Origin: Candidatus Latescibacterota bacterium
GTDB lineage: Bacteria; Latescibacterota; UBA2968; GCA-2709665
Reading direction: 5' to 3'
DNA length: 64,000 bases
Assembly (NCBI GenBank): GCA_965219455.1
Contig: OZ244744.1
Span: 640,001-704,000, forward strand
Shown here: piece by piece, positions 18,805 through 29,218 of the stretch
Layout: every line of letters begins with the position of its first letter
How positions within the stretch are numbered: the stretch's first letter is position 1
Position numbers and translations under genes: made by a program
Notes under the pieces: generated by a model
The model's input: only the letters and a program-made list of their open reading frames with translations
The model's database searches: none
What the model was told of the DNA's origin: nothing

Positions 18805-20715
18805 TCAGTCCGATATCCGTTTCTCGCCCTTCGCTTCCGTCGCGTCCAGCGTTTCCCATGCTGCAATGCATTCTTCGATCCGGGTCTGGATCCGCTGGCG
18901 TTCCTCCGAGACCGACTGGAGGTGCTGCCAATCCGCCGCCCGGTCGTCAAGCGCAAGTTGTCCGTCCAGGCGTTCGAGTTCCGCCTCGAGGTCCAGGATT
19001 TCTTTTTCGATGGCCTGCAGGCGCCGCTTGCGCCCCTCCTGCGCCCGGCGGTCGGCCCTGTTCCGCTCATACACGGCCTTTTGTGAGGCCTTCTCCGGAG
19101 AGCGTTCGACGGGTCGGTCTTCCACCTCGGCGCGCTGACGTTGCCAGGCGTCGTAATTGCCCTCGATCAGTTCCCATCCGCCATTCCCGAGTACGAGCAA
19201 ACGGTCGACCATCAGATTGAGAAAGTAGCGATCGTGCGAGACGGCGATCATCGTGCCGCCGTAGGTCTTCAGGGCGTCTTCCAGGACATCTCTGGACGGG
19301 ATATCCAGATGATTGGTGGGTTCGTCCAGAACCAGTAGATTGGTTTCGGATCTCATCAATTTGGCCAGCGCCACCCTGCTTTTTTCCCCACCGCTGAGGC
19401 TGCCTGTTTTGCGCTCGACGTCGTCGCCCGAAAAGAGGAAGGCGCCCAGGACGCTTCGGATTTCTCCCACGGAGGCGTCGGGGGTGACCGCCCAGATTTC
19501 GTCCTGCAGCGTTCGGCCGGGGGTGAGTTCGTCCCGGTGCTGGTCGTAATAGCCCACGTTGATGTTCGAGCCGGTCTTGACGATTCCGCCATCGGGCGGG
19601 ACACGTCCGGTGAGCAGTTTGAGCAAGGTGGACTTGCCTGAACCGTTGGGTCCTATAATGCCCAGGCGGTCGCCGCGACGGACGAGCAGGTTCAGATCCC
19701 TGAATAGGACGTTCTCGCCGTAGGCTTTTGAAGTTTTCTCGAGTTCTGCAACCCGGTTCCCTCCCCTCGCGCCGGCCGTAAATCGCAACCTGAATTCCCT
19801 GTCGCTGCCAGGGCGTTCGAGCCTATCCAGTTTTCTCAGGGCTTTTCTGCGGCTCTGGGCCTGTTTTGTTTTCTGCCCGGCGATGTTCCGCCGAATATAG
19901 TCTTCCGTCTGTCGGATATGTTCCTGTTGCCGCTCGAAGGCCTTGTGCCGTCTTGCCAGGCGCTGTTGTTTTTCAGTGGTATAGAAGCTGTAATTGCCAA
20001 CGAACGCGTCCAGCGCGCCGTGTTCCAGTTCAACGATCCGATCGATGGTGCGGTCCAAAAAATACCGGTCGTGGGAGACGACGACGAACGCGCCGTCGAA
20101 TGCGGGCAGGAAACCTTCCAGCCATTCGATGGCCTGGAGGTCCAGGTGGTTGGTGGGTTCATCGAGCAGAAGCAGGTCGGGTTCGCGCGCGAGAAGGCGG
20201 GCAAGGGCGACGCGGTTCTTCTGACCCCCGCTGAGCAGTGAAACGCGGGTTTCGAAATCTGCGCCGGTGAAACCCAGCCCGTACAGGATGGCCTTTGCGC
20301 GGGCTTCAATCTCGTAGCCGTCCCGGGCTTCGTAGGCATGCTGCAGACGTCCATATGCTTCCAGGAGGGCGGGCTGCTCGTGGCTTGCGGTCAATCGATC
20401 TTCTAGTTCGATCAGGCGGCGTTGAAGTTCGAGCACGTCCGAGAACGCTTCCAGCACGGTTTCGAGTACGGCGGATCCATCCTCCAATTCCGGGTCCTGC
20501 GCCAGGTACCCGACGTTCAGATTCCGCCGGGTATGTACCCCACCCCCGTCCGGCCGCAGACGTCCTGTGATCAGGTGAAAAAGCGTCGTCTTTCCACAAC
20601 CGTTTCGGCCAACCAGCCCGATACGGTCGCCCGCTTCAATCTTCCACGTGAGATCGGCCAGCACCGTCTGGGCCCCGTAGGCCTTGTGGACGCTTTCGAG
20701 TTGAACCAGCGGCAT
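18805..20715 (-). CDS. ABC-F family ATP-binding protein
   Basis: Two ABC domains (GRNGCGKT, GPNGSGKS, LDEPTNHLD twice), no TM segments, C-terminal coiled coil. Confidence 0.92.
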   Translation of the reverse strand: MPLVQLESVHKAYGAQTVLADLTWKIEAGDRIGLVGRNGCGKTTLFHLITGRLRPDGGGVHTRRNLNVGYLAQDPELEDGSAVLETVLEAFSDVLELQRRLIELEDRLTASHEQPALLEAYGRLQHAYEARDGYEIEARAKAILYGLGFTGADFETRVSLLSGGQKNRVALARLLAREPDLLLLDEPTNHLDLQAIEWLEGFLPAFDGAFVVVSHDRYFLDRTIDRIVELEHGALDAFVGNYSFYTTEKQQRLARRHKAFERQQEHIRQTEDYIRRNIAGQKTKQAQSRRKALRKLDRLERPGSDREFRLRFTAGARGGNRVAELEKTSKAYGENVLFRDLNLLVRRGDRLGIIGPNGSGKSTLLKLLTGRVPPDGGIVKTGSNINVGYYDQHRDELTPGRTLQDEIWAVTPDASVGEIRSVLGAFLFSGDDVERKTGSLSGGEKSRVALAKLMRSETNLLVLDEPTNHLDIPSRDVLEDALKTYGGTMIAVSHDRYFLNLMVDRLLVLGNGGWELIEGNYDAWQRQRAEVEDRPVERSPEKASQKAVYERNRADRRAQEGRKRRLQAIEKEILDLEAELERLDGQLALDDRAADWQHLQSVSEERQRIQTRIEECIAAWETLDATEAKGEKRISD

Positions 20716-20904
20716 CGTCGTTCAAACCGGTAAACAGGCTGATGGTTCTGATTGTGATGGATCGATTTACCGCATCCGTGGAAGTTCGGGATCGGTACCG
20801 CGATATAAAACGGATGCGGGCAATGCCAATGACGTGTCCCGGGGTGGAGATTCGGGAACGAGGCGGGCAGGAGACGGCGCGGAACGGGACACCAGGAGTG
20901 ACGT

Positions 20905-21720
20905 TCAGGCGACTTCAGGCCTCTGTTCGATGATCTCAACCTGGTCTTCGGGACTGTAGAAGTACGCGCCGGGGCGCCAGTCTCTGCCCAGATCCCCCAG
21001 CAGGCGGCGCTGTCTCGGTGTACATTTCGCCAGAACTTCCGTGCAGTGGCCGTTGAAGTCAAAGGTCCGGAAGCATTGCTGGCTATAACAGTAAATGAGT
21101 GTCTTCCGGGACCGTTTTGAGAGGTTGGGGGAAACGCCATGCCAGACGGCATGTGAAAAGACGGCCGCGTCTCCCGCTTCCGCGCAAAGCTGCACCGCGC
21201 CGGGCGTCTGGGCCGTTATGGCCAGGTCGCCCTCCGGGTAGGGTCGCAGATGGCTGCCGGGGAAGAGTGTGAAGTTGCCGCAGTCGGGTTTCTTGACGTC
21301 GGTGAGAAAGTACTGGATTTTGAGCTGAAGCGGCCAGCTTGTTTCGGTAACGCGAATATGGCGAAGTGCCTGGCCGCCGTCGGTGTGGATAAAACCTTTA
21401 TAGCCAGGATTCGGCGGACGCACAACGGCTTCGGCCATGCTGAGCTGGATATACGGGCCCATCAGTTCCAGAATAATGTCAAACGCGCCGGGATGGTCCA
21501 TAAGATGGATAAAAGCGTCGCCGTCCGGCAATACGTTTCTCCGGTCCAGGCCGGATTTCGGGTCGGCGTCGGCCTTGTTGAGGACAAAATTCCGATGCAG
21601 CCGGTCCACCTCCCGCCTCAGGTTTCCGGTTTCATCGGCTGAGAGGACACCCTTGAGCAGGATATACCCGTCTATCGCCCACTGCTGCTTCTGCTCCTCG
21701 GTCAATTTGCGCCGTTCCAT
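20905..21720 (-). CDS. Phytanoyl-CoA dioxygenase (PhyH) family protein
   Basis: HTD...PGSH...WHG Fe/2OG motifs. Confidence 0.85.
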   Translation of the reverse strand: MERRKLTEEQKQQWAIDGYILLKGVLSADETGNLRREVDRLHRNFVLNKADADPKSGLDRRNVLPDGDAFIHLMDHPGAFDIILELMGPYIQLSMAEAVVRPPNPGYKGFIHTDGGQALRHIRVTETSWPLQLKIQYFLTDVKKPDCGNFTLFPGSHLRPYPEGDLAITAQTPGAVQLCAEAGDAAVFSHAVWHGVSPNLSKRSRKTLIYCYSQQCFRTFDFNGHCTEVLAKCTPRQRRLLGDLGRDWRPGAYFYSPEDQVEIIEQRPEVA

Positions 21721-21801
21721 AAAGCGATCTCCAGTAATCGAACCGGACGCCGGAGCCGCCCCGTTCGGGGTTGGGCTTCAGGGCGACCAACCGACGCCGG
21801 A

Positions 21802-22620
21802 TCATGCGCTTGCCGAAAGCGACCGTTCCAGGTTGCAGCGAAGTTCGTTGGCGGCGTGCCGGGCAGCGTCCGCGAAGTCCCGCTCGGAAGAGGCGTAGAG
21901 CACGCTCCTGGACGCGTTGACAAGGAGCCCCCCGCCATTCCCGTCAACGCCGTACCGGATCACGGCGCCGGGGTCGCCCATCTGAGCGCCGACGCCGGGG
22001 ACCAGGATGGGAAGCCCTGGCGCGATGCTCCTGACCATGGCGAGTTCACGAACGTGAGTCGCGCCGACCACGAGGCCGCACGGGCCGGTGGCGGACCATT
22101 CAACCGCTTTTCTTGCAACGTGTTGATAGAAAGGTCCGTCCTGAGTGGAAAGCCGCTGGAAGTCTGCAGAGCCGGGGTTGGACGTCAAACACAGCAGAAA
22201 CGCGCAGCGGTCGCGGTAGTGGAGGAAGGGCGCCACGGCGTCTTTGCCCATCAGGGGGTTCACGGTGACCGCGTCGACGCCAAGCGTATCGTAAGCCATC
22301 TGTGCGTAACGGGCGGCGGAGTTGCCGATGTCCCCGGCTTTGAAATCGAGCAGAACGGGCGTCGCGTCGGGAATGGCGCGGATAACGTCCGCGAGGCTCT
22401 GCCATCCGGCCGCACCCAGCGCGCCGAAGAAGGCGAAGTTGGGTTTGTAGGCGCACACAAGGTCCTGCGTGGCGGAGACGATTTCCCTGAGAAAGGCCGA
22501 GACCGGGTTCGCGGTGCCCGTGAAATGCGCGGGCAGTCGTTTTGGATCGGGATCCAGGCCCACGCAGACCCGGCTGTTCCGGGTGTCGACGGCGTGGTGG
22601 AATTTCTCGAGAAAGCTCAC
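21802..22620 (-). CDS. pyrF: Orotidine-5'-phosphate decarboxylase
   Basis: CVGLDP, YKPN, DFKAGDIGNS, TSNPGS, VVGAT, PGVGAQ; GTG start at 22620. Confidence 0.95.
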   Translation of the reverse strand: MSFLEKFHHAVDTRNSRVCVGLDPDPKRLPAHFTGTANPVSAFLREIVSATQDLVCAYKPNFAFFGALGAAGWQSLADVIRAIPDATPVLLDFKAGDIGNSAARYAQMAYDTLGVDAVTVNPLMGKDAVAPFLHYRDRCAFLLCLTSNPGSADFQRLSTQDGPFYQHVARKAVEWSATGPCGLVVGATHVRELAMVRSIAPGLPILVPGVGAQMGDPGAVIRYGVDGNGGGLLVNASRSVLYASSERDFADAARHAANELRCNLERSLSASA

Positions 22621-22650
22621 CCCTCGCTCCTGGAAGGGATTGGTATTCAA

Positions 22651-23058
22651 GCAAGCGGGCCTGTAAGCCGAGTTCTGTCGTCCGGCGCAGTGCGCCCGAC
22701 GGATGGCCATTTATCTGGGACGCCGGTTGCCCGGCGCCTCTACGCAGCCTACCCGAGCGTAATATTGAGACGGGCCGCCTCTTCGCTCCTATTTGGCCTT
22801 GCTCCGGATGGGGTTTACCGTGCCGCTCCCGTCTCCGGGAGCGCGGTGGGCTCTTACCCCACCGTTTCACCCTTGCCCGCAACGAAACCGTAGTTTCGCC
22901 CGCTGGCGGTCTGTTCTCTGTGGCACTTTCCTTCGGGTTGCCCCGCCTGGGAGTTACCCAGCATCCTGCCCTGTGGAGCTCGGACTTTCCTCACCCATAA
23001 CAGCCCGGATGGACTCTTTCAACGGGCTGTTATGGGCGCGGCCATCCGGCCCGCTTAC
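22651..23058 (-). ncRNA. rnpB: RNase P RNA, type A
   Basis: GAGGAAAGTCCG, AGTGCCACAGA, GGGTGAAACGGTGGGGTAAGAGCCCACC, GGTAAACCCC, ACAGAACTCGGCTTAC; P1 pairing GUAAGCGGGCC/GGCCCGCUUGC. Confidence 0.97.
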
Positions 23059-23090
23059 CTGAATTGTGGAACCGTGAACCGCTCATCGGC

Positions 23091-23513
23091 TCACGATTTG
23101 GGTTTTAAAGCAGTTGATATTCCAAGATTGGCCAGGCGGTCGGCGTGTTGATTCTCCGTACGCAAGACGTGGCGGATCCGGAAGAGGTCAAACGACCCGG
23201 CAATTTCACGGGCGCTTTGATACAACGGCAACAGCTTCTCGTTCTTTACTTTGTATTGGCCGTTCATCTGCCGGACGATCAATTCGCTGTCTGAAATGGC
23301 GTTGACACGCGTCTTACCCAGTTTCCGGACGATCTCCAACCCCTTGATCAGGGCCTTGTATTCCGCAACGTTGTTGGTGGCATTGCCGAGAAAACCGGAA
23401 TATTCCTCAATTACCTCGCCTTCGCATTCAACCCGGACGCCGATGCCGGCAGGGCCGGGGTTTCCCTTTGCCGCACCGTCGACGTAGAGCGTGATGACGC
23501 CCGTGCCGGCCAC
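23091..23513 (-). CDS. rnhA: Ribonuclease HI
   Basis: DGAAKGNPGPAG, TNNVAEY, DSEL, NQHADRLAN. Confidence 0.92.
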   Translation of the reverse strand: MAGTGVITLYVDGAAKGNPGPAGIGVRVECEGEVIEEYSGFLGNATNNVAEYKALIKGLEIVRKLGKTRVNAISDSELIVRQMNGQYKVKNEKLLPLYQSAREIAGSFDLFRIRHVLRTENQHADRLANLGISTALKPKS

Positions 23514-23514
23514 G

Positions 23515-24228
23515 TCAGGCTTCTTCCCGCCACACCAGGATCCGGCCGCAGTTCTCGCAGCGAATGATCCGGTCCTGGCGCCTGACTTCCATGCGCCGCT
23601 GTGGCGGTAACTGCCTGAAACAACCGCCGCAGGAACCCTTTCCGATTGGCACCACGGCGACGCCGTCCCTTACCACGCGACGGATGCGGTTGTAGTTGGA
23701 CAGGGCCGGCCTTTCCACCAGTTCTTCCGCAACCGAACGCTGTTTCCGCCAGCCGCTGGCCTCGCCATCCACCAGATCCAGTCGGCTTTGCAGGTCCTGA
23801 ATCTGACCGAGATAATCGGCTTTCAGCGCCTTGTATGCGCTTTCTTCTTCTTCCAGCATTGTCTTCAGGTCATCGTGTTGCTCGATCCCCTCGAGGATGA
23901 TGGTCTCGTTCTCGTCGGCCCGGTTTCCGAGGACTTCGATTTCTATCTGGAGCGCATCGTATTCCCGATTGGTCTTGACTTCGTAGAGACGATCCTGGTG
24001 TTTTTTCAGATCCGCCTGAATGGTCTCCAGTTCACCCTCCAGGTGACGCCGTGTTTTATCCAGATCAATCGCCTGCTGCTTCTTGTCGTCCACCGCCTGT
24101 TTCGCCGTTTCCAGCTTTTTGCGAAGTTCCGCAATTGCTTCAGGGTAATCTGCCTGTACCCTATTGAGTTTATCCAATTCCGTATCGATGCGTTGCAGGT
24201 TCAAAAGCTTAAACAGGCTTTCTTTCAT
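23515..24228 (-). CDS. Coiled-coil C4 zinc-ribbon protein (COG1579)
   Basis: Long coiled coil followed by CGGC...CENCGRIL. Confidence 0.88.
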   Translation of the reverse strand: MKESLFKLLNLQRIDTELDKLNRVQADYPEAIAELRKKLETAKQAVDDKKQQAIDLDKTRRHLEGELETIQADLKKHQDRLYEVKTNREYDALQIEIEVLGNRADENETIILEGIEQHDDLKTMLEEEESAYKALKADYLGQIQDLQSRLDLVDGEASGWRKQRSVAEELVERPALSNYNRIRRVVRDGVAVVPIGKGSCGGCFRQLPPQRRMEVRRQDRIIRCENCGRILVWREEA

Positions 24229-24239
24229 ACACGATCTCC

Positions 24240-24277
24240 AAAAAAAGAAGGGCGCATCCGTTTAATGAATGCACCCC
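24240..24277 (-). terminator. Intrinsic terminator downstream of tRNA-Val
   Basis: GGGGTGCATTC...GGATGCGCCCT hairpin followed by TCTTTTTTT. Confidence 0.65.
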
Positions 24278-24340
24278 GACGATTGCCGGCCGTCCCGCTC
24301 CGCTCGCGAACAGGCCCAGGCCACCTTGCTTTTCGGATCA

Positions 24341-24417
24341 TGGTGGGCGATACTGGACTCGAACCAGTGACCTCTGGTATGTGAAACCAGCGCTCTAACC
24401 AGCTGAGCTAATCGCCC
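24341..24417 (-). tRNA. tRNA-Val(CAC)
   Basis: Cloverleaf GGGCGATTAGCTCAGCTGG...anticodon CAC...GTTCGAGTCC...CCA. Confidence 0.95.
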
Positions 24418-24603
24418 ACCTGAATTATTCAGACGGCTCACGTAACGCGTGTTCCTTAATTATTGCGCCAGTCGAAATCGTTGTTTAAACGACGGGACAA
24501 CAGTGGTTTTAAGCCTTCTGAATAAACAAAACTCAACTGGAAATGTCAAGCGTATTCCAGTTCGGAACACCACGCCCCTTTCCCCGCATTCGCAATGATT
24601 AAC

Positions 24604-24632
24604 TTGACAGCGAAATAGGATTTCTATAAATT
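24604..24632 (+). promoter_or_regulatory. Sigma70-type promoter of tRNA-Glu
   Basis: TTGACA-17 nt-TAAATT; a divergent TTGACA at 24544-24549 (minus) may serve tRNA-Val. Confidence 0.65.
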
Positions 24633-24650
24633 TCGGACCTTGATTCGGGT

Positions 24651-24725
24651 GACCCCGTCGTTCAGAGGTTAGGACACCGGGTTTTCATCCCGGCAACGGG
24701 GGTTCGATTCCCCTCGGGGTCACCA
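24651..24725 (+). tRNA. tRNA-Glu(TTC)
   Basis: GACCCCG acceptor stem, anticodon TTC, GGTTCGATTCC, CCA end. Confidence 0.95.
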
Positions 24726-25226
24726 GTTTTATAGAATATTCCAATTAAAAATAACATGTTGCATTCCGAATCAGCCCGCCCTTCCCTTCATCCCGCCTCT
24801 ATTCTCCAGAAACAACCGACACCTGTCTATAGGCGCTTCCGGGTTGTCATGGCGAATCCGCTCCGATACGGCTGCCGATGGCCATACCCAACTTCGTCCT
24901 GACTCACGTCGGGTACCAAAGTGATAAGCCGAATTCGGCTCGACAAATACCAAGAAACTGGCTCGCCCATTCAGGAACGCCTATCTTTCGCCACCTGAGA
25001 ACAATAGGGGCGATCATTGGCGTCGACCGTTGCGCCTTAATTGTGGTGATCTCGCCATTTTGGGCTTCTGAGTTCACGTGAACTCAATACTCCGCAGCCC
25101 CTTGAAGGCCCCTTCCACACATCCTGGATTGTCCAATACCAGTCCCGCGTAGGTTTCAAAGACGACATCTTTGTTGACGAATCAACCAAACCTCGGCTGG
25201 ATCCCGGTCACTGCTCGAGACTCGTA

Positions 25227-27098
25227 ATGATCAATTCAAACCGTGATCGCCATAGAACCACTTGCCTGGCACGGCTACGGACCCGGTTCAACGGCCTCGG
25301 CTACCTGATTGGAATTCTCAGGCGGAACGCGGCATTCGAATCCACGTTGCTCGTTCTGAGTAACGTTGTGTCCGGATTCGCCACACCAGTCATCGTGTGG
25401 GGGATGACGGGGCTTGTCGATGTCGTGAGCGACAGTCCGACTGACGGGTGGCCCGGCGTCCTTCCGTGGCTTGCAGCGTTCTCGGCTGCTCTGCTTATAC
25501 GGAGCGTCAACACGGAAAGCTCCAGGTATCTCGCCTCGGTAATATATCAACGGGTCGGTGGCAGAATCCAACGTGACGTAGCCAGTAAGTCGGTCAGCGT
25601 TCCGCTGAGTGCCTTCGAAAGCCGTGCGTACTATGACAAGCTGGAAACGGGTAAGCGGGCGATTGGCCCACATCTCGTTGACGTCTTGAATGAGCTCGGT
25701 TCTCTGGTATCGACTGCCGTCAGTGTGGCAGGCTTGCTGGTGCTTTTTGTTCACGCCCATTGGGCCCTGGCCGTTGTCCTTTTTGTGACGATGATCGTCA
25801 ATACGATCGTAGGCGCGAGGAACATGGGCCGGTTCGCTAGAGTCAACTACAAGAGTTCGCCGAAACGCCAGGAAATCAACTATTGGGCTGCGCTTCTGTG
25901 CAGCCGCCGCGCTGCCACCGAAGTTCGCGCGTATCAATTGGGCGAATATTTGTTGGGGTTCTGGCGACGCGCCTTTGGCCGTTACGTCGCTGACATCAGG
26001 AATGCTCGCTTTCGGCTGGCCGTTATTCAATTGTTGAGTGCCTGCGCATACGACCTCATCATTTGGACGAACAGTCTGGCGCTCGTGGTCGTGGCTTCGA
26101 GGGGAACCATAAGCGTAGGTACGTTAGTGGCTTTACTCTATGCCACCGGCCGCTTCAGCGAATTGGTGCGTTCGGCTTCGTATGGCATTTCTCAATTGGT
26201 AGAACACCTGATGCAACTGCGACACTTGCGCGAGTTTCTCGCGCTGCCAGACGAAGGTGCGGCGCCCGTTAACAAACTGCGGCCACCTCGCCCCTTGCAT
26301 CACGGAATCCGTTTTCACGGTGTGAGTTTTCGCTATCCGGGTTCGGTCCGCCCTGTCATCACCGATCTCAATATGACACTATCGCCAGGAGACCGGGTCG
26401 CCCTTGTAGGTGAGAATGGCGCGGGCAAGAGCACGATTGTGCGATTGCTGCTCGGATTGTACCAGCCGACGCAAGGCCGGATTACCGTTGACGGCGTCGA
26501 TCTCGCGGAGATGGACCTGGCGGCCTGGCGCCTGATAGCAACGGCTGTATTTCAGGATTTCATGCGTTATCCACTTACGGTTTGTGAAAATATCGGGGTC
26601 GGGCGAATTTCGTTGCTTGAAGATGGAGACCTGGGTGCCGCTGCATCTTCCGAAATCTTAGAAGCAGCACGGAGGAGTGGCGCTCATAGCTTTGTAAAAG
26701 AACTGCCTTTAAGGTTCCGGACCCTATTGAGCAAAGAATTCGACGACGGAGTCGAACTATCAACGGGCCAATGGCAACGATTAGCGATGGCTCGAGCATA
26801 CGTTCGCAAAAACCGCGAAATCGTCGTCCTGGACGAGCCGACGTCGGCATTGGACCCCAAGACAGAGGTGCAAATATATCAGCAGTTCGGATCTGTAGTC
26901 AAAGGACGATGTACCGTCTTTATCTCCCATCGATTGGGATCGGCTCGCCTCGCCAACCGAATCCTTGTCCTGAAGGAAGGTCGCCTTGTGGAGGAGGGAA
27001 CACACCAGGCATTGCTCAAGACCGACGGCGAATACGCCCGGATGTACTACCTTCAGGCGAAATGGTACACCGGGGAAGATGGAGGGAACGTGGGATGA
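25227..27098 (+). CDS. ABC exporter, fused permease/ATPase (NisT/SpaT-like)
   Basis: TM domain followed by GENGAGKS, LSTGQWQR, LDEPT, SHR. Confidence 0.88.
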   Translation: MINSNRDRHRTTCLARLRTRFNGLGYLIGILRRNAAFESTLLVLSNVVSGFATPVIVWGMTGLVDVVSDSPTDGWPGVLPWLAAFSAALLIRSVNTESSRYLASVIYQRVGGRIQRDVASKSVSVPLSAFESRAYYDKLETGKRAIGPHLVDVLNELGSLVSTAVSVAGLLVLFVHAHWALAVVLFVTMIVNTIVGARNMGRFARVNYKSSPKRQEINYWAALLCSRRAATEVRAYQLGEYLLGFWRRAFGRYVADIRNARFRLAVIQLLSACAYDLIIWTNSLALVVVASRGTISVGTLVALLYATGRFSELVRSASYGISQLVEHLMQLRHLREFLALPDEGAAPVNKLRPPRPLHHGIRFHGVSFRYPGSVRPVITDLNMTLSPGDRVALVGENGAGKSTIVRLLLGLYQPTQGRITVDGVDLAEMDLAAWRLIATAVFQDFMRYPLTVCENIGVGRISLLEDGDLGAAASSEILEAARRSGAHSFVKELPLRFRTLLSKEFDDGVELSTGQWQRLAMARAYVRKNREIVVLDEPTSALDPKTEVQIYQQFGSVVKGRCTVFISHRLGSARLANRILVLKEGRLVEEGTHQALLKTDGEYARMYYLQAKWYTGEDGGNVG

Positions 27099-28897
27099 AA
27101 GCGCGTGCAATCGGACCGGAAAGACAGAAACGACAGCGTCTACTTTACTTGCGTCGGCTGATTTGGACATTCTTCGTATTCGACAGCAAGGCCGCAATTA
27201 GCCTTTTGGTACTGAATGGTTCAAGGGGACTATTCGTCACTGCCCACGTATATCTTGTATATCGGTTCATTGAGGCCGCGGCGGGAGTTGTAAGAGGCGA
27301 AATCCAATTTACCAATGCCATCCTGTGGGCCGTAGCCCTTGTCGGGCTGAACCTGCTGCAACACGGCATTAATCTGATCTCCAATACCACAGCCGATCGC
27401 TTTCAGGAGCGTCTCCGTGGCCATATTGAGGAACGATGCTATCGGAAAGTTCAAACGGTTCCCCTGGCGCAACTGGAAACGGCGGCATTCCACGACCAGT
27501 TGCAGCGCGCGCGGCGCGGCATTGAGCGGCGGCTATTCAGCACAATGTCTTTCATGTGGCGAAGCGTTAGCGACGTCGTAGCGCTTGCGTCCCTCCTGTT
27601 TTACCTGGCGAGTTTTCACTGGGCGTTACCGCTGATCCTTGCCGTTGGAACGAGTCCGGGTGTTTTCCTTCGCGAACGCGTCAACAGAGCGCGCTATTTG
27701 ATGGTACGAGACCTAACGCCCGACGAGCGACGGTTTGACGTCTACCACGAAATATTGTCGGGGCGCAACGCAGCGGCCGAAATCCGTATGTTCGGCTTCG
27801 GTGCCTGGCTGGTCGATTGTGCCGATGCATTGTGGAGAAAGCTTTCCGGCAGGCGCCTGCGCCTTGCGAAGAAGGAGGCGGGGCTCGGACTCGTATCGGA
27901 TGGTCTGAACACTGTGACCTATATTGCAGCGGTGATCTTCAGCTTGGGACTCCTCTTCGCAGGTCGAGCCACCATCGGGGCCTATGCCGCCTTTTTCTAT
28001 GCTATCGAACAGCTACAGGCACACTACCGCAGCCTCGTCTGGGGCGCATCGATCATCTACAATGACCTGCGCTATGTACAGGACTATTTCGAGTTTGTCG
28101 ATCGTCCAACGGAAGAATCGCCTAAAAGGTGCCGTATCCCAAGCACGCTGCAGGCCGGGATCGTCCTGCAGGACGTCTCGTTCATTTACCCTGGGAGCGA
28201 TATTCCGGCGCTTTCCAACCTCAATCTCAGCATTCGACCGGGCGAACGCATTGCCGTCGTGGGCGAGAACGGTGCCGGCAAGAGCACCCTGGTCAAGCTG
28301 ATTCTGGGTCTTTTTGATCCGACAAACGGGCGGATTCTGGTAGATGGGATCGATCTCCGGGAAGTCGCTCCAAACGAATGGCTCCGGCGCACGGGTGTGG
28401 TGTTTCAGGATTACAACCGCTATGAACTCACAGTAAGGGAGAATATAGCCTGCGGCTGGATGGAAGGGGAATCAGCAGCGGTTGAAGAGGCGGCCGCGAA
28501 GAGTGGCGCCGACCAGGTGGCGGAAACCCTGACTCGCGGATTGGAAACCCCGCTGGGCAAGACGTATCGACAAGGCACGGAGCTTTCCGTTGGCCAATGG
28601 CAGAAGCTCGCAATCGCCCGGGCATATATGCGCCCGGCGGACATCCTGGTTCTCGACGAGCCAGCCTCCGCACTCGATGCCAGGGCGGAAGCGGATGTAT
28701 ACAGTCACTTCGCCCGGATCGCACAAGAGCGTACTGTACTCCTGATCTCCCATCGCCTCGGCTCCTGCAGGCTTGCAGATCGAATCCTGTTGTTGGGAGA
28801 TGGTCGGTTGGTCGAGGATGGGAGTCATCGGGAGCTTGTAGCCATGAACGGTCAGTACGCTGAACTGTACCGCAATCAGGCTCGATGGTATCGTTAG
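27095..28897 (+). CDS. ABC exporter, fused permease/ATPase (likely heterodimer partner)
   Basis: ATGA overlap with the previous gene; GENGAGKS, LSVGQWQK, LDEPA. Confidence 0.88.
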   Translation: MKARAIGPERQKRQRLLYLRRLIWTFFVFDSKAAISLLVLNGSRGLFVTAHVYLVYRFIEAAAGVVRGEIQFTNAILWAVALVGLNLLQHGINLISNTTADRFQERLRGHIEERCYRKVQTVPLAQLETAAFHDQLQRARRGIERRLFSTMSFMWRSVSDVVALASLLFYLASFHWALPLILAVGTSPGVFLRERVNRARYLMVRDLTPDERRFDVYHEILSGRNAAAEIRMFGFGAWLVDCADALWRKLSGRRLRLAKKEAGLGLVSDGLNTVTYIAAVIFSLGLLFAGRATIGAYAAFFYAIEQLQAHYRSLVWGASIIYNDLRYVQDYFEFVDRPTEESPKRCRIPSTLQAGIVLQDVSFIYPGSDIPALSNLNLSIRPGERIAVVGENGAGKSTLVKLILGLFDPTNGRILVDGIDLREVAPNEWLRRTGVVFQDYNRYELTVRENIACGWMEGESAAVEEAAAKSGADQVAETLTRGLETPLGKTYRQGTELSVGQWQKLAIARAYMRPADILVLDEPASALDARAEADVYSHFARIAQERTVLLISHRLGSCRLADRILLLGDGRLVEDGSHRELVAMNGQYAELYRNQARWYR

Positions 28898-29218
28898 TGG
28901 GACAATTACCTCGCACTGGTATGTTTCGCTGCTTGCCAGGGAAGCCCAACGCCTTGAAGGCCTCCTTCAGAAACGGAACGACCACGGACGCACGGTTGGA
29001 GGAACCAAACTACGAAGAATTGGTCGACGACCGAGGACGGGATGTCACAGACCTGGTCGATGTACGCTAAGGGCAAGAAGACGATGTCTCACACCATGAC
29101 CTACCGTCGCGTGCAATAGACGAACCGTATTGCGACGCATCGCGGTCGCCGTGTCGGATTGGAGCGCCGCGCCCGAAAGGTACGACTTCCGCCGACACGG
29201 CGAAATCCCGATACACCC

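Noticed and set aside
22100-23062. ORFs overlapping 22100-23062 (e.g. MRARVKRWGKSPP...)
   Set aside because: Spurious translations of RNase P RNA and alternative frames of pyrF
28885-29218. Short ORFs after the ABC pair as RiPP precursors
   Set aside because: No leader or core motif, weak RBS and no modifying enzymes
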